A stretch of DNA of 62,597 bases from Chitinophagaceae bacterium (GCA_003167015.1 PMUF01000054.1:1-62597), one strand, 5' to 3'; positions 10,101 through 21,703 are shown, numbered from the stretch's first letter. Program-made: numbers and translations. The notes: a model not told the origin generated them from the letters alone.

Positions 10101-10540
10101 CTGTTATTCAGTTGGGTCGGCGTGACATATTTAATGGTCGAATCATATTGCTCCAGAATAATGGCCACAAAGGTGTTCCCCGAAGAAGTGGTATAATAAA
10201 GGCTGTCATTGCTGATGAGAATGGCCGTGACCGTTCCAGCGCCGCCTCCGCCCCCTCCGGTATCAATGCGCGACCATCCGGAGTCGCTTGGATCATACCA
10301 ATAAATGTGATGCCCGCAGGTGTCGGTATAGACGGCCGCCTGCCGCGGATTGGTTCCGGGTGCGTTTAAAGAAGTCTTTCCGGTAGGAACGCCGCAGCCG
10401 GTAGGCAACCAGAGGGTATTGAGGGGAACAATCCTGTTATATCCTACTCCGTAAATGCCCGAGTTCGGGTAGACGATAATTTGGCTATATCCCACCAGGG
10501 AAAGCGTCAGAACGATCAAAAGCAGGGATAATCGCTTCAT
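7181..10540 (-). CDS. Signal-peptide protein with pectate-lyase-3-like beta-helix (depolymerase/tailspike-like)
   Basis: MKRLSLLLIVLTLSLVGYS|Q; VNVKSAPYNAYGDGIHDDTYAIQ..LYFPPGRYIVSGTI motif; S/T/G-rich beta segments. Confidence 0.75.
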   Translation of the reverse strand: MKRLSLLLIVLTLSLVGYSQIIVYPNSGIYGVGYNRIVPLNTLWLPTGCGVPTGKTSLNAPGTNPRQAAVYTDTCGHHIYWYDPSDSGWSRIDTGGGGGGAGTVTAILISNDSLYYTTSSGNTFVAIILEQYDSTIKYVTPTQLNNSIAALPSVYNDRTDPASDSVGGSVSGSALPLRGIKDTSLDGSVTISVISNPHTIYHNFSASGGGSSPPFSDANPIAKNASDATKLFQYSLGGLTTGTTVVETIPASSYTSAGINLNQTWSGKPTLTAGLQLNSNVTYGTTNAYQIGSSGNVSTQVWSRSFNSDGQLTLSAPAGATIQGQINGVPKFEVLNTGQIQLGGYGSGAFTGTAVYAIGETSAGNLIETSLGGIIPPNIGTGVNVYAPQIPGFRRITALAPLTADTTTTTNSITIQADTASSTLTNLASYQWILNQGYTNFLWVNVKSAPYNAYGDGIHDDTYAIQMAAAACGSGGAVLYFPPGRYIVSGTIRLPYKVQVLGCGGSNAGIFNSVTPSTAFYRDSTTDITQIWSTSASDTVFVLGGSGSSISGMNIVLAPGVTATSTNVGIYGAGTSLKLKDMGVGSFYNCVDDTAAVEVTISDVFIWNPVNYGIWMQNRKNADGGDNSCIQSFFYAGNNNTRAMVRLENGGWKFMQNKWNANAGYSGEAQIGIWLEIYGSAGSTSDLNLSGNSYENISDTVIYLHASGGGIFYNAQIEGEQISTYSSTSSGVVENGLSGWKMDNCIVNEGTGAGTIGVNATDPPQTFVANLVNGYATAVTPAVSTSSFFMSNVTGLNTLLNLSGSYSGLMNAGITNTSASGYISWNVFGSGSNGAIIRTYGPSFSVSSLRNIALFSGTQNVMLGSITSGYPTNIVGGSTTPLITATGALVQFPQIASNIIDSTNFKVAVIRQSDQSIFQTNWPTFGSGGSGVTSFGTPTTSYANGATVSGTTAYLGLASSSNPGIIAGSGAQTLGATLTLSNALTVNAAISTSSTHGVNISAKNDLTSQSGAGTITSYAVPGSGSNNNFQISAYINILSIVTDILQVQVTFTGEDNASHTVTFYSQGVTSANLTSTGYYPFPPIFVSVKQGTTITASVVFTTGTGSVTYDAGAIITQMY

Positions 10541-10644
10541 ATAATTTAAAATTACACTATTGTCAAAAAAACGTTAATATAGTTGTCCCAATAAGTGGAT
10601 TCACTGATCATTTCGTCGTTTTTAAACCACAATCGCGCATTTTG

Positions 10645-12135
10645 CTACGTTCTTAGGAGCGCATAGACCCCGAACCCCGCTGTCAAATTTTCCCCCGTTG
10701 TACTTGCCGTGCTGGCTGGGCCCGTCCGCATCGTTATGTCCACGGCAGCGGAGCCTCCAAATGTATCACTCCCTCCGCCTGAATACCGGCCACCGCTTAC
10801 ACGGGAAAGATATAGACTGCCACCTCCGCCGGTAATAACCCCGCCACCATGCGTCGGTGCATCATGGGGTTGCACATATGGTGGGTTGAAATCCCCGGAA
10901 AAGCCATAGCCGTACCCGAAACCAGCTGTACCCGCTTTTAATCTGAGGTAAGAGTAGGACCAAAGTTTAGGCACCCGGAAAGTGGTGCTGCCATCTCCCT
11001 GGCTGAAATAACCCTGGTTTGCCTGGTAAGTTACCCCGTTATATGTCGCTGTATTGTTCCACGCACTGTCGGAGACAATCGTCGTTCCACTGGCCTGCAC
11101 CCAGGCCCAGAGTCTCGCATAGGCGGTACGGCTGAGCAATTGACCATTGCAGAAAACTGTATTCAGCGGGATCATGGAATAATCGTAAATGATTTCTCCC
11201 ACCATTCTCATCCCCTCACCACCTTGAAAGATGAGCCACCTGCGCGCCCCGCTGGGGTAGGTCCATTTGTAAAGTCCTATGGATTCACACTGCCCGAGAT
11301 ATAGGCTTGTTGCCCTTGTGGCCGATCCCAGGAGGGTAGCATTGTTATACCATTCAAAAGTATCTCCTGCTGCAGCCAATAACCCAGCGTTGACATGCGT
11401 TCCACCGGCCGAGTTGATGAATATCGGCTCATTGTCGGGCATTGTTGAGGTAGCAGGAAACGTTATCCCGAGAGCCGGAGCGGCTCCTTGCAGGAGGAAT
11501 GCCTGCCCTGCCGCCGAGTTAGTCAGGGTAGTATTCGCCGTCAATAAGGTCGTGGCGCTTACAATGGTCCCGCTGACGCTGGTAGAAGCCGCCAATTGGG
11601 GGAGAAACACCAGAACCGCCTTTTCCTCATCTCCGATGGAATATCCCGCGGCCAAATATTGGTAACCGTTTGCTGTCGTATCGTCCTGCGTAGTGGGGGT
11701 TCCGTTCACTGTTTTTACGTAATCAACCCCATAGGTCAAGATGCCGATACCTCCTGGGATGTCCGGATACCAGTTCCAGCCGATGAGGGATGGGTCCGGT
11801 CCGTAGAAATTGGTGCCGCTGGCGAAATACGGAGATGTGTTGGCCAGAAGGGTAAGCGGATCCCGAGTATTATATGCGTTGCTGCCAGGCTGAAAAGTGA
11901 AGGAATTGAGTTGCGCTCCGTCTGCCCCCCCATCGGGAGATTCGTAAAGAATGTAAATGTAAAGGACTGCCTGCAGCCCGGTAAACGTATGAAGTTGAGT
12001 TTGACCGATATATGGACCAGGAAGCTGATAGGAAGATATGAGAATAGACGGGGCCGAGGCTTTATAAATCGCCATCACCAAGGAATTGCCTGCGCTTACC
12101 GGAAAAGTCTGTTGCCAAAGATTTTCATTAGCCAT
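10645..12135 (-). CDS. Tail fibre protein with tail-collar domain
   Basis: GEII..CNGQLLSRTAYARLW..GDGSTTFRVP tail-collar signature. Confidence 0.8.
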   Translation of the reverse strand: MANENLWQQTFPVSAGNSLVMAIYKASAPSILISSYQLPGPYIGQTQLHTFTGLQAVLYIYILYESPDGGADGAQLNSFTFQPGSNAYNTRDPLTLLANTSPYFASGTNFYGPDPSLIGWNWYPDIPGGIGILTYGVDYVKTVNGTPTTQDDTTANGYQYLAAGYSIGDEEKAVLVFLPQLAASTSVSGTIVSATTLLTANTTLTNSAAGQAFLLQGAAPALGITFPATSTMPDNEPIFINSAGGTHVNAGLLAAAGDTFEWYNNATLLGSATRATSLYLGQCESIGLYKWTYPSGARRWLIFQGGEGMRMVGEIIYDYSMIPLNTVFCNGQLLSRTAYARLWAWVQASGTTIVSDSAWNNTATYNGVTYQANQGYFSQGDGSTTFRVPKLWSYSYLRLKAGTAGFGYGYGFSGDFNPPYVQPHDAPTHGGGVITGGGGSLYLSRVSGGRYSGGGSDTFGGSAAVDITMRTGPASTASTTGENLTAGFGVYALLRT

Positions 12136-12136
12136 A

Positions 12137-15100
12137 TTATGAGCCCTCCACTTGAATTAGGTTTTGACCAGAATTGCTTTGTCCGAAGGCGCTTGCATCG
12201 AACATATATCCTCCAAAAGGCGATTGATCCAACTGCCCCGCAGTGTTCAGCGTGATCGCGTCCTCATTCTTCGATCTCCGGATGGCCAGCGTCATGTATG
12301 TTTTGGCCTGGCCGGGAAAGGTCTGTACCTCCCATTGGGCATCTGCATCCCTGGAATATTGATCCCCGTCGATTAGCACCGTATTCAGCAACATAATTCG
12401 GTCGATCTTGCGCATAAGGTAATCAGGCAGCCCCGATCCTCTCCCGACTTCCAAGGTCCAGGTATCGTAAGGGATGGCGTTCAGGAGATCGATATCCTGC
12501 GGCTGATCCACGAACGTGGTAAACTTGCTCTTAGGTACGTACCCGTTGATCTGGCCGGGGATACGAAGACACGGTAAATAACCGGCGGTCGAGTTAAAAA
12601 CGGCAGCTAATTTATTGGTACTGTTCGAATAGTCGAACCTGATGGTATTATTATCCCAGGAAGGTTGCACGTTGATCCCTTCGCTGATAAAAGTCGCCGT
12701 AGCCGGTCCGGTCCCCATGGTCCAGATCAGATAATAAATTCCTGTCAGTCCCGAAAGACTCACAGATCCGGTAAAAAGGGATTGCCCTGAAGGTATAGAC
12801 GGGGAAGTGTCCAGGGGAATATTAATCAGTCCCCCGACATTTTGGCCCAATTGGTTGATGATCTGCACATTGACAGGAGAAAGCCCAAAGGTCTGACATT
12901 GCAATTGAATCACATCATCCGACTCCCAGGGAGCGTAATAATTCGACTGATCGATCCACTGGGTGACACGATTTTTATACCAATCCTGATCCATCGTATA
13001 GTTCTTATACTGAGGAGCTTTGGTGTAACCCAGCGGCACAAAATGCAGCGGGCAGATAAGAGGGATTGAGGTATCCATAAGTGTTAATTGAACCAATCCC
13101 GTCGATTCCAGGTCAACCAGATCGGCAAGGTTTGTAGCGGGTGAACAAAGTAATTTCCAGGTCTGAGACTCGTTAAAAGCCGGCTTGCTGCTTACTTCTA
13201 TCGGGAAGCCGTAGAGTTGTACTCCATTGTAGGTGAATTCTATGTGGCCATTAGCCGTGTAATTTAAGAGGTCCGCAAAGTTGATAGGCACTTCCGTGTC
13301 AAATTCGAAGATCCAGGGAAGGAAGGCTGGGGCCGCAAGATCATGGATATTCACGTTCGCATTCTCTGTTGTCGTCACTCCGTCCAGGGTGGTACTCAAA
13401 AACTGGTTCTTATCTGTGGTTTGAAAGGAAAGAACCGAGGGAGAAAGCGTGTAAAGCGCCGGCGATAGAATCGACCCATTGGCGAGTAGCATTTGCTTCG
13501 GGGTGAAATCGGGGATATTGAAAGCGGAAGCTGGATTCGGTATTCCTGATACATTACTGAATGCCGGTCTATTGAACCCGAAGGCTTCGATGGTCCCTGA
13601 CTGCATCGTCAGGTTGATATAGGAAATCCAGGAGGACATATTTGTGACAGACCCGGTTATCCACACCAAATCCGGGGCCGTTCCGGGAATATTCGGCTGG
13701 GGGCTATTATAGGCCAATAGCTCATCGAAAAAGATCGAGGCCGCATCCTGTCCTGGATTTGCCCCCTGGTTAAAAGGAATGGCCGCTCCCGATCCGGTGG
13801 CTGTGTAAACCGGCGAACTTCCTATGATCTCCCCCTTTCTCCACAGGTTGAAATTAGTCGTATCCCCGCCGCCGCCCTGGTAATACCCTGCCACTGTAAA
13901 GGAAGTAGTAAAACTGGTATCCTGTACAGGAGAAAGGAATTGAAAATATTGAAATCCATAAGAGACGACAGGGACAGCCACTCCGTCAATGTCTTCCGTT
14001 GTCGCGGTTATCACAGGCAGATTCACCAACTGTTGGGATTGCCCGGCATTGATCACATCAGCGCCTGTTGAATAAGCCGTGAAATAGCCGTTCACGTTGA
14101 GTTGAAAGGATTGATAAGTCCCCGTACAAGTTCTGACAGTATCCAGGGTGAAATAAATGCAGTCTCCTTTGGCCCAGACCCGGGAAGACGAAAAGTTAAT
14201 GGTCAGCGGCGTATTGACTCCGGTGATAGCTTGAGGCCATTGGCCGCCTAAGGTTCCATTTACCCACATCGAGACCATAGCCGAGTCTCCTATGAGCCCG
14301 TTGAGTAAGATTACCGCATTCACGGTATAGACCACTGGCGAAGCACTAACAAGATAGTTCACTATAAAGATGGCGAAATCATTGCTTTGTGTGAAATACT
14401 CCCCGTTGAGCGTAGCCATGTACAATGGCTGAAAGGCTTTATTCACGATGAGTTTCTGGTCTGTATTCGTCGGACTTGTCGGTAAGGGAACGCCCGAGAT
14501 GAAAGAGGCCATGTAGAAATCCAGGCTCGTGCTATTGAGATCGACGTTGACCAGGAAAACATCGTTGTCGCTGTCGTTGAAAGTCGTTGACTTACCGCCT
14601 TGGGTATTCCACCGGGTATATTCAAATCCGTAAGAATCAGCCCTATATTTGCTGATGAGAGAAAGTTTTTGCACAATCGTTTTGATTGGGGCCTGCCAGG
14701 AGAATTTACAGTTGTATTCATACTTACCTGCTTCTTCATCGTACTGCTGGGTAGGATAACCCACTTCCAGCCAGTTGAAATAATATTCCAGTGCGATTGA
14801 AACCCGAAAATTGGAAATCTTATCCAGGGACATCGTAATGACGGAGGAGTTCAGCGCATAGTTTTTGGCTTCCAGAAAGATGCTCTCAGGAGAACCAGGA
14901 AGCAATTGATTGCCCAGAGCGCAATTTCCTATAGCGTTCACCGCGTCGAAAAAGTCGGATAAAGATGTCTTTAAAGCCGGCCCTTGGAAGGAAAATTGTT
15001 CGTAGAATTGATTGGATGGGTTGTCCGGGTTAACGGTCGCCTGGTTGAAATATTGAAAATACTCCGGGTCCGTGGAGGCCCGAATCGCGTCTCCGCTTGT

Positions 15101-16306
15101 CACCATCCAGTTGAGTTTCCCCTGTAAGAACGTACTATTGAATCCGAAGTTGAAGACCTGCAGGAAGTTGCTGGATAGACTGTTCAGCGCGTTGATGAGA
15201 TAGGCCCCGACATCGAACAAAGACATTCCCCACACCCGGGACGCTTGATACCTTGAATTGAATTTCAGCGTGAATTGTCCGCCCTGTATCGTAATGGGGT
15301 TGGCCGCGAAATCGTTGAAAAAGAAGATGAACAGGTTTTCATTCGCCGCGAGGTTGATTGTGGCGCTGAAGGCAAAGGTGCGCTGCCCGTTGATATTGAC
15401 CTGACTTTGGATGGGTTCCCAGCCGTCAATCGGTGCTGCCGGAAGTACAAGACCGTACGCGTTGGTTATCTCCGGAGCCCCGACGGATATGGGAACGGAT
15501 AGACTGGTTGCTGTATGTAGATAAAACAGGGTGTTCGTCACCCTGAAATCAGAGAGCACCGTAATCTGACCTTCGATCACCATACCCGTGATTGCCCCTA
15601 CACTGGTAAAGAGGAAATTAGTCGCCATTTGATAATACCCCGCGTAAGGATTGTCCAGTTGCTGATCACTATGAGTCACCCCGATATTATCCCCGGTATT
15701 ACTTACGAAGGCGCACGGGAGAGGCTGATCTCCCGCGTAAGGACTTTGAGTAGTAAGGATCTGGTAGAGAAAGGTATCCGTAAATTCAATCCCATCGGCT
15801 AGTATCTTTTTGTTCTGAGGGATGGAACCATTACAGGGAATGGGGATCATCGTATTTTCATAGGCTTTAATAAACTGGGCCGCCCCTCCTTCCATGACGT
15901 TCACCGTCACCCCTTCTTCCACAAGATCACTCGCCTGGCTGAGATCGAGCAGTCCTGTATAGTACAATTCGAAAATCCCGGTATCGGGGTTCCATTTCAG
16001 AACGATGTAACCCATGGGAGATTCAATTCCCCGACCGGTATAAAGAGCGTTCCGGACGATCTTCGCTCCGTCTCCTACGAACTTCATGGGGAGCGTAAAC
16101 GTGCGGGAAAGGCCCCAGTAATGGGAGTTTCGTCCGAAGCTGATCTGAATGTCAGCCCAGCCGTCAGGAGATTGAGGCAAGGAGCAGTCAATGCCAGATG
16201 TTACATTTTGCAGTTGCGGATTTCCCATGCTATCGCATACCCAGGCAGAATTTGCAACGGCCGGATTGGTCAAAAAATGCAAGAAATATCTGCGACTTAT
16301 GGGCAT
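12137..16306 (-). CDS. Large tail-tip/baseplate protein
   Basis: 1389 aa, beta-rich, immediately after the tape measure. Confidence 0.65.
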   Translation of the reverse strand: MPISRRYFLHFLTNPAVANSAWVCDSMGNPQLQNVTSGIDCSLPQSPDGWADIQISFGRNSHYWGLSRTFTLPMKFVGDGAKIVRNALYTGRGIESPMGYIVLKWNPDTGIFELYYTGLLDLSQASDLVEEGVTVNVMEGGAAQFIKAYENTMIPIPCNGSIPQNKKILADGIEFTDTFLYQILTTQSPYAGDQPLPCAFVSNTGDNIGVTHSDQQLDNPYAGYYQMATNFLFTSVGAITGMVIEGQITVLSDFRVTNTLFYLHTATSLSVPISVGAPEITNAYGLVLPAAPIDGWEPIQSQVNINGQRTFAFSATINLAANENLFIFFFNDFAANPITIQGGQFTLKFNSRYQASRVWGMSLFDVGAYLINALNSLSSNFLQVFNFGFNSTFLQGKLNWMVTSGDAIRASTDPEYFQYFNQATVNPDNPSNQFYEQFSFQGPALKTSLSDFFDAVNAIGNCALGNQLLPGSPESIFLEAKNYALNSSVITMSLDKISNFRVSIALEYYFNWLEVGYPTQQYDEEAGKYEYNCKFSWQAPIKTIVQKLSLISKYRADSYGFEYTRWNTQGGKSTTFNDSDNDVFLVNVDLNSTSLDFYMASFISGVPLPTSPTNTDQKLIVNKAFQPLYMATLNGEYFTQSNDFAIFIVNYLVSASPVVYTVNAVILLNGLIGDSAMVSMWVNGTLGGQWPQAITGVNTPLTINFSSSRVWAKGDCIYFTLDTVRTCTGTYQSFQLNVNGYFTAYSTGADVINAGQSQQLVNLPVITATTEDIDGVAVPVVSYGFQYFQFLSPVQDTSFTTSFTVAGYYQGGGGDTTNFNLWRKGEIIGSSPVYTATGSGAAIPFNQGANPGQDAASIFFDELLAYNSPQPNIPGTAPDLVWITGSVTNMSSWISYINLTMQSGTIEAFGFNRPAFSNVSGIPNPASAFNIPDFTPKQMLLANGSILSPALYTLSPSVLSFQTTDKNQFLSTTLDGVTTTENANVNIHDLAAPAFLPWIFEFDTEVPINFADLLNYTANGHIEFTYNGVQLYGFPIEVSSKPAFNESQTWKLLCSPATNLADLVDLESTGLVQLTLMDTSIPLICPLHFVPLGYTKAPQYKNYTMDQDWYKNRVTQWIDQSNYYAPWESDDVIQLQCQTFGLSPVNVQIINQLGQNVGGLINIPLDTSPSIPSGQSLFTGSVSLSGLTGIYYLIWTMGTGPATATFISEGINVQPSWDNNTIRFDYSNSTNKLAAVFNSTAGYLPCLRIPGQINGYVPKSKFTTFVDQPQDIDLLNAIPYDTWTLEVGRGSGLPDYLMRKIDRIMLLNTVLIDGDQYSRDADAQWEVQTFPGQAKTYMTLAIRRSKNEDAITLNTAGQLDQSPFGGYMFDASAFGQSNSGQNLIQVEGS

Positions 16307-19300
16307 TACCTGAAGACTGATTTATGAATATGTTCTCCGAATTTGGTGTCCAATCTTATGTTATTGATCACTTTAGGCTTGTTTTTGGCTAAAGCCCGTT
16401 CGATTCTCCCGGTTTGCCATACAATGGCCTGCTTTATCTCAAGCATGTCCCGGTTGGTCTCTTTTTGCTGGATGATCCCGAATTGATTGACGAACATGCC
16501 GCTGCTGATCATCCGATTGATCTCCTCAGCCGGGTAAATCTTTGCTCCGGGTGCCATATCGAGTACGGATGGCACCGCAGGCGACCAGAAAGGGGCCTTC
16601 CCTGGCTCGGCTATCAACTCTGGCACATAGGCATCCCCGACGACACCTAAGCCGCCCTTGTGCGCCGGACGACCGCCTATGCCCGCTCCATGTTTATACT
16701 TCGGTAATGGGGTAGCGATCGCTACGGCGAGTTCCGCGGCGCCTTCAATTCCCACCGCAATTGCGAGAGGGATATTCGGGAGGGCTTTTACGACAGCCAC
16801 TCCTGTATTCAGGATGATATCCATAATGGATTTATCCTTGTCGAATTTCGCCTTGTCAATATCCAGTTGTTTTTGCTTCCGGGCATTCTTGACATCTTCT
16901 GCCGCTTTCTGATCATCGAGGATTTTCTGCCGGAGAGCTTTTTGCTCCTGGCTGGCGGATGTATCCTGTATTTGCTTGGATTGGACCTCATAGGCGCGGG
17001 TCTGCCTTTTTTCAAGATTTTCCAGATCAACTACCTGCCGGTTATATCCAATATCGAAAATGGCCTCAGCGGCTTTGCCGTAGGCTTGCCCTTCTGCCTG
17101 TATTTTACCGGCTACCTCCTGTAAATGAGCGAGCCTTTCGTCTTTGTCTGCCTGATCATTACCGCTTCGGGTATCCTGTTGTTTTCCTAAATCGGTTGTC
17201 AGTTGCGCTTCCGCGTCCGACCTTTCCTTGGTTCCGGCTTTGGTAGAGTCAACGACGGAGTAATCTTTATTTACCTGTGAATCAATAACATGCTGGGCGG
17301 TTTTCTCTTCCTGACGGCGCCGCAATTCCCGGTATCTTTCTTCCGTGATATGTCCATCTTTGAGACGCTTTTCCAACGCTGCCATTTCAGCGTTGTTGCC
17401 TTTTTCTATCTCCGTTTTCCTGTCCTCATAATATTGCTCCAGGTCATCCAACGCAGCTTTCTGGATTTCCCGCTGTATGCCCTGGAGGTTTTTGAGGTAC
17501 TTCAACTGCAGGTCTTCGAGTTGAACGTCGTACTTTTTATTGATGGCGAGTTTCTGCTCCTGATTCAATCCTTCGGCGTCAAGATCTTCTATTCGATTCT
17601 GCTCATTGAGGTTTTTTTGTTCCTGATACTGAGACTTTAAAGCCTGGAGCTTTTTATCTCCGGTGGTATCTCCGGTCCGGCGGCCAATATTTCTACTAAG
17701 AGTATCTTCCTCAATAGCCTGGGACTGCGTATTCGCGTCGCGGAATATTTCCAGCCGTGCATCGCGATCCTTTTCATATTCCTTACGGTTTTCCACCCTG
17801 GTCTTTTCATTGAAATCCCGGTTGGCCTGCACTTTGGCGGCGCGAAGTTTGGCGTCGGCAATCAGTACTTCCTGCGGGGTTGCACTGGGATCGAGGCTAT
17901 TACGCTCTAATTGTGCGTCTTTAATTTCCTGATCTCGGTCTGATTTGATGGCCGCCAGCCGTTGGGCAGATGTTGAACGTGCATCCGCCAGTATTTTCGA
18001 ATTCCGGTCTTTAACAGCGGCTACTAAGATTAGGCCGGTTTCCAAGGCGAGTTTGCGCTCCTGCTCGGCTTCGTGCTCAATTCTTTCAATGGTAAGTCCT
18101 TCGGAGTTGATGACTGACTGGTTATAAGCATCTCTCATTTTTTTCTTGGCATCAATGACCGTCTGATTAGAGGCAATTTCCTTTTGAACCGCGTCCAGTT
18201 GAGTTTTAGCATCTGCCTCATCGGTATTGGTGCCATATTTCTGATATATTTGAAAATAAGCCTCACTGCTGTTGATCTTTTTTTGTTGAACCAGAAGCCA
18301 GATATTGGTGATATCGAGCAACCGCTGCTGTTTGGTTAATAACGGATCCATTCCAGCCGTCAATGTTTTTACATCTCCATCGACAGACCGGTAGGCCGCT
18401 CCGATATCTTGCGTATTAGCGGCTTTTTTCAGGTCATTCTCCGCAGTTTTCTGATCGAGGTCAGCCTGGGCCTTCCTTATGCTAAACAGGGCATTATAAC
18501 TTTCCTTGTTCTTATCGGATAGAGTAAGAGCATCTTCAAGGTTCTTTTTGGTATGCTCGGCGTCCTCATCAGACAATTTTATCCTGGCCATCAGAATCTC
18601 GTTGACCTTTTCCATGGCGTCGGCTAATTCGGCTGAATTTTGCGCGGCTTTATTTTCTGCCTCCGTCCATTGAATTATTTCCGCTACCAAAACGCCTATA
18701 CCGACGATAATCGCTCCTATACCTGTAGCTACTAGTGCGGTGCGTAATCCTATTGCGGCCACTTCCGCCCCCTCCGTAGCGATGGTCATAGCGTCGGTCG
18801 CCTCGGCATTCGCCACGGTGGCAACGGTGCTTTCCTCGGTGGCCGTCGTATTTAACGCTTTCGCTGCGGCATCTGTCTCTTGTGCAATCTTCGATTTCCC
18901 AAAAATGGAGACTTCTATCGCCTTAACAGCGTTCAGTCCTTTTTGGGCTTCTGTTTCCAAAGCAGTGATGATGGCATTTTTATCCTTTAAAACCGCAACG
19001 GCCTGTTCCAATCCCTGAAGCAGCGTCATTACCGCAACGAGGTGATTTAATTCCTTATCGAGCTTTTCATCGCCTGTCGCCAATAACTGAGCGGCCCCCG
19101 CTCCGAAAGCATATGCACCACCCAATCCCCTCGCTACGCCTGTGAGAGCGGTAATCCCCGGGGCATCTCCGGTCAATATCGCTTGTTCCCGATGTAGATC
19201 CTTTATCTTCTGCTCATTTTGAGCATAGGCTATACCCAACTTTTCAAAAGCCTCCGTGTCTTGAAGGCCGGCCAGAGTCATTGTGTCGAGCGTATTTCTT

Positions 19301-20346
19301 ACGCTGCGCATTTCCTGATTGGCCGTCTTAAACCCAATGGTCTGTCTTTGAAGGGCCCCTTCGAGTACTTTTTGCTGAAGAGTCAACTTTTGATAGGCCT
19401 CGGCATCCTGGTTTAAAACGCTCACCTGATTCGCACCGCCGGCCAAATTCGTCGGACCGCTGCCGGCCTGGTCAGAAAGCCCCTCCTGCTGTCTTTGCGC
19501 TGCGGTCTTGAATCCGATGGGATTTAGGTTTTGAACTGAGGTCTTCCCGCGGGTCTCTATATTGGCCAGTTCCTTGTTGATGGTCGCCAGTTGCTCTTTA
19601 AGGCCATCAAATGCAGGGGTAAGGGATTCGGCGTAGTTTCCTACATTATCCTTGAAATCACGAGCAGAATTTTTGATCTTCTGTAAGGCGACATCCGTAT
19701 CCTTTATATTTTGAAGAAGACCGGTCCCGACTTCTGTTTGCTGTTCAGCTTCGCTCATTTTATAGTAGGCCTGGCGGAGCAAATTCAGTTTAGCGCTCAG
19801 CCCGTCGGCGGCGGTGGCTGAGGATTGCGCCTGCTTTTCCATGTTGTTCAGCGCGCGGGTAACGTCAGCATTGGAGGTTTTGAGGGTTACCTGGGCTTCC
19901 TTGATGTCAGCCAGGGACTCTTGGTACTGATCAAGGGAAGTCTGTCCGCCCTGGTAAGCCTTTTTCAGGGCATTCGCGGATGCGGCCAGATCATCATTGG
20001 CGATCTTATTTTTTACGGCCTGTTTGATCAATTGATCGTAGGCTTCAGAATTTTCGTTAAGGGAGGTAATGCTTTCGTTGACCGCCTTCACCTGGGCGGT
20101 GATCTTTTGGGTGAGGTCATCGTAGGAGGATTTCGCCTTCGTGGTGGCCTGCACTGAGCCGTTGATGGCGGTCGAAAGTTGGTCAGTATTCGCGGCCAGG
20201 GTGCTGATGGAGGTATCTTTAAAGCCTTTGATGACATTGTAAAGGCCGACCAAACTGGATTGAGATTCCCCGAGCCCCGTCTTGATGGCCGCGAATTCCT
20301 GCTGAATGGCGGGGAGGTCAAAAAATGACTCGATTTTGTCAATCAT
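16306..20346 (-). CDS. Tape measure protein
   Basis: 1346 aa, Ala/Gln/Lys-rich helical; NVGNY motif; [11 protein letters not shown] hydrophobic stretch; position in tail module. Confidence 0.85.
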   Translation of the reverse strand: MIDKIESFFDLPAIQQEFAAIKTGLGESQSSLVGLYNVIKGFKDTSISTLAANTDQLSTAINGSVQATTKAKSSYDDLTQKITAQVKAVNESITSLNENSEAYDQLIKQAVKNKIANDDLAASANALKKAYQGGQTSLDQYQESLADIKEAQVTLKTSNADVTRALNNMEKQAQSSATAADGLSAKLNLLRQAYYKMSEAEQQTEVGTGLLQNIKDTDVALQKIKNSARDFKDNVGNYAESLTPAFDGLKEQLATINKELANIETRGKTSVQNLNPIGFKTAAQRQQEGLSDQAGSGPTNLAGGANQVSVLNQDAEAYQKLTLQQKVLEGALQRQTIGFKTANQEMRSVRNTLDTMTLAGLQDTEAFEKLGIAYAQNEQKIKDLHREQAILTGDAPGITALTGVARGLGGAYAFGAGAAQLLATGDEKLDKELNHLVAVMTLLQGLEQAVAVLKDKNAIITALETEAQKGLNAVKAIEVSIFGKSKIAQETDAAAKALNTTATEESTVATVANAEATDAMTIATEGAEVAAIGLRTALVATGIGAIIVGIGVLVAEIIQWTEAENKAAQNSAELADAMEKVNEILMARIKLSDEDAEHTKKNLEDALTLSDKNKESYNALFSIRKAQADLDQKTAENDLKKAANTQDIGAAYRSVDGDVKTLTAGMDPLLTKQQRLLDITNIWLLVQQKKINSSEAYFQIYQKYGTNTDEADAKTQLDAVQKEIASNQTVIDAKKKMRDAYNQSVINSEGLTIERIEHEAEQERKLALETGLILVAAVKDRNSKILADARSTSAQRLAAIKSDRDQEIKDAQLERNSLDPSATPQEVLIADAKLRAAKVQANRDFNEKTRVENRKEYEKDRDARLEIFRDANTQSQAIEEDTLSRNIGRRTGDTTGDKKLQALKSQYQEQKNLNEQNRIEDLDAEGLNQEQKLAINKKYDVQLEDLQLKYLKNLQGIQREIQKAALDDLEQYYEDRKTEIEKGNNAEMAALEKRLKDGHITEERYRELRRRQEEKTAQHVIDSQVNKDYSVVDSTKAGTKERSDAEAQLTTDLGKQQDTRSGNDQADKDERLAHLQEVAGKIQAEGQAYGKAAEAIFDIGYNRQVVDLENLEKRQTRAYEVQSKQIQDTSASQEQKALRQKILDDQKAAEDVKNARKQKQLDIDKAKFDKDKSIMDIILNTGVAVVKALPNIPLAIAVGIEGAAELAVAIATPLPKYKHGAGIGGRPAHKGGLGVVGDAYVPELIAEPGKAPFWSPAVPSVLDMAPGAKIYPAEEINRMISSGMFVNQFGIIQQKETNRDMLEIKQAIVWQTGRIERALAKNKPKVINNIRLDTKFGEHIHKSVFR

Positions 20347-20942
20347 GCGGCCTTATTTTTTCTTTTTGCCCAATCAAGTTTGGCGCTCTCACTCAACCGC
20401 CTCCTTGTTTCATCTGAAACCGGCCCTCGATTTTTTAAATATTCGGCCTGCGCCTTTCTGGTATTTTCATGAAGCGGAATGCCCTTTTTGGCCTCACTTA
20501 TTTTGCGACACTGCTCCGGAGAAATTATTTTCCCCTTCCGGGCAATTCTCATTTTTTGTTTAGTCTCTTCTGAATGCTTTTTCCCAACCATGTGATAGCT
20601 AGGTTTGCAGAGTCCTATTCTCCACGCGTGCTGCATATTCTCAGCCTCTGTAGCCCAATTTAAATTCGAAGCAACACAATTGTATTTATTACCATCCTCG
20701 TGATTCACTTCTGGCTTATTTTCAGGGTTCGGAACAAAAGCGGTTGCCACCAACCTATGAACTAAGCAGGGTGGTTCGTAGTTTCCATTTCGAAGCGTAA
20801 CCATTGGGTAAAGTGTTTTTCTGGTCTGCCTCAAAATAATGGCCTTTTCGCGCCGGAATGATCTCACACGCGCCAAATTGCTGACCTGGTAAAGTCCTTC
20901 AAAACCTGGAATGTCTGCCCATATTTCAACTTCTTCCTGCAT
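20343..20942 (-). CDS. NUMOD4-HNH homing endonuclease with NUMOD3-like repeats
   Basis: [23 protein letters not shown]; [21 protein letters not shown]; [12 protein letters not shown]. Confidence 0.9.
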   Translation of the reverse strand: MQEEVEIWADIPGFEGLYQVSNLARVRSFRREKAIILRQTRKTLYPMVTLRNGNYEPPCLVHRLVATAFVPNPENKPEVNHEDGNKYNCVASNLNWATEAENMQHAWRIGLCKPSYHMVGKKHSEETKQKMRIARKGKIISPEQCRKISEAKKGIPLHENTRKAQAEYLKNRGPVSDETRRRLSESAKLDWAKRKNKAA

Positions 20943-21558
20943 GTCGGTGCTGTTTTATCGCCTGTTCGTTAATTTTCTTTTGGTTGCGTACAAATTGCAT
21001 GACGCTGATATCTTTTGCCCGGACGGCGTATTGATACGTCTTGCTCATCACGGTCAGCCAGTCTTCGTAGTGATCAAGGCCGGTATTCGTCTTCCCTTCT
21101 TCTTCCAGGGCTTCAACCTCTTTTTTTAGGATGCCCATGTCTACAATCATCCGTTTGATAAACCCCTGGACCATCTTCAGTTTCTTCGCGGCATCGTCGG
21201 CTGCACTCAGATCAAGGCCGATTCCAAACTCGTTGACAATCTTCACCATATCCGAATCATAGCACATCTGTAGGTATTGGACAATTCCATCTAGCAGGGT
21301 AATCTTCCCGTTCATCTCCTGGATCTGCTTGGTCTTTTCGAAAAGGGCGTTGTAAGAACCTTCCCCGGTCAGTTCACAGTATTGCAGGTAAATACTCGCC
21401 CAGGCCTCCTTTAACACATCTTCCGGCACATCTCCCGCGATGATCAGCCGGCTGTAATCCTTCTCAAAGAGCACGTCCAGAAACCGGTCAAGCTCCAACC
21501 GGCAATCCCGAAAGTACCTCCAGGATGCGGAGATCGTTCTGGATGGCACCAGCGGCAT
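20926..21558 (-). CDS. Probable tail assembly chaperone (start uncertain)
   Basis: Helical protein upstream of the tape measure; assignment is positional. Confidence 0.45.
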   Translation of the reverse strand: MPLVPSRTISASWRYFRDCRLELDRFLDVLFEKDYSRLIIAGDVPEDVLKEAWASIYLQYCELTGEGSYNALFEKTKQIQEMNGKITLLDGIVQYLQMCYDSDMVKIVNEFGIGLDLSAADDAAKKLKMVQGFIKRMIVDMGILKKEVEALEEEGKTNTGLDHYEDWLTVMSKTYQYAVRAKDISVMQFVRNQKKINEQAIKQHRHAGRS

Positions 21559-21703
21559 CAACGGTGAAGAGCGTCCCGTCTGCTTTTTGACAAATTGCTT
21601 GCGCTTCCCCTTTTTCACTTGCTATTTTTTGTGCCAACAACCTTTGGTCATACAATGCCGCCGATCTGTCCATTACCGATCCCAAACAATGCCCGCAGTT
21701 CAC
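21488..21703 (-). CDS. Small hypothetical tail-region protein
   Basis: ATGA-coupled to upstream gene; N-terminal CxxC. Confidence 0.5.
   Translation of the reverse strand: MNCGHCLGSVMDRSAALYDQRLLAQKIASEKGEAQAICQKADGTLFTVDAAGAIQNDLRILEVLSGLPVGA

Noticed and set aside
3602-12135. Diversity-generating retroelement or invertible tail-fibre cassette
   Set aside because: No reverse transcriptase, invertase or template/variable repeat pair was seen
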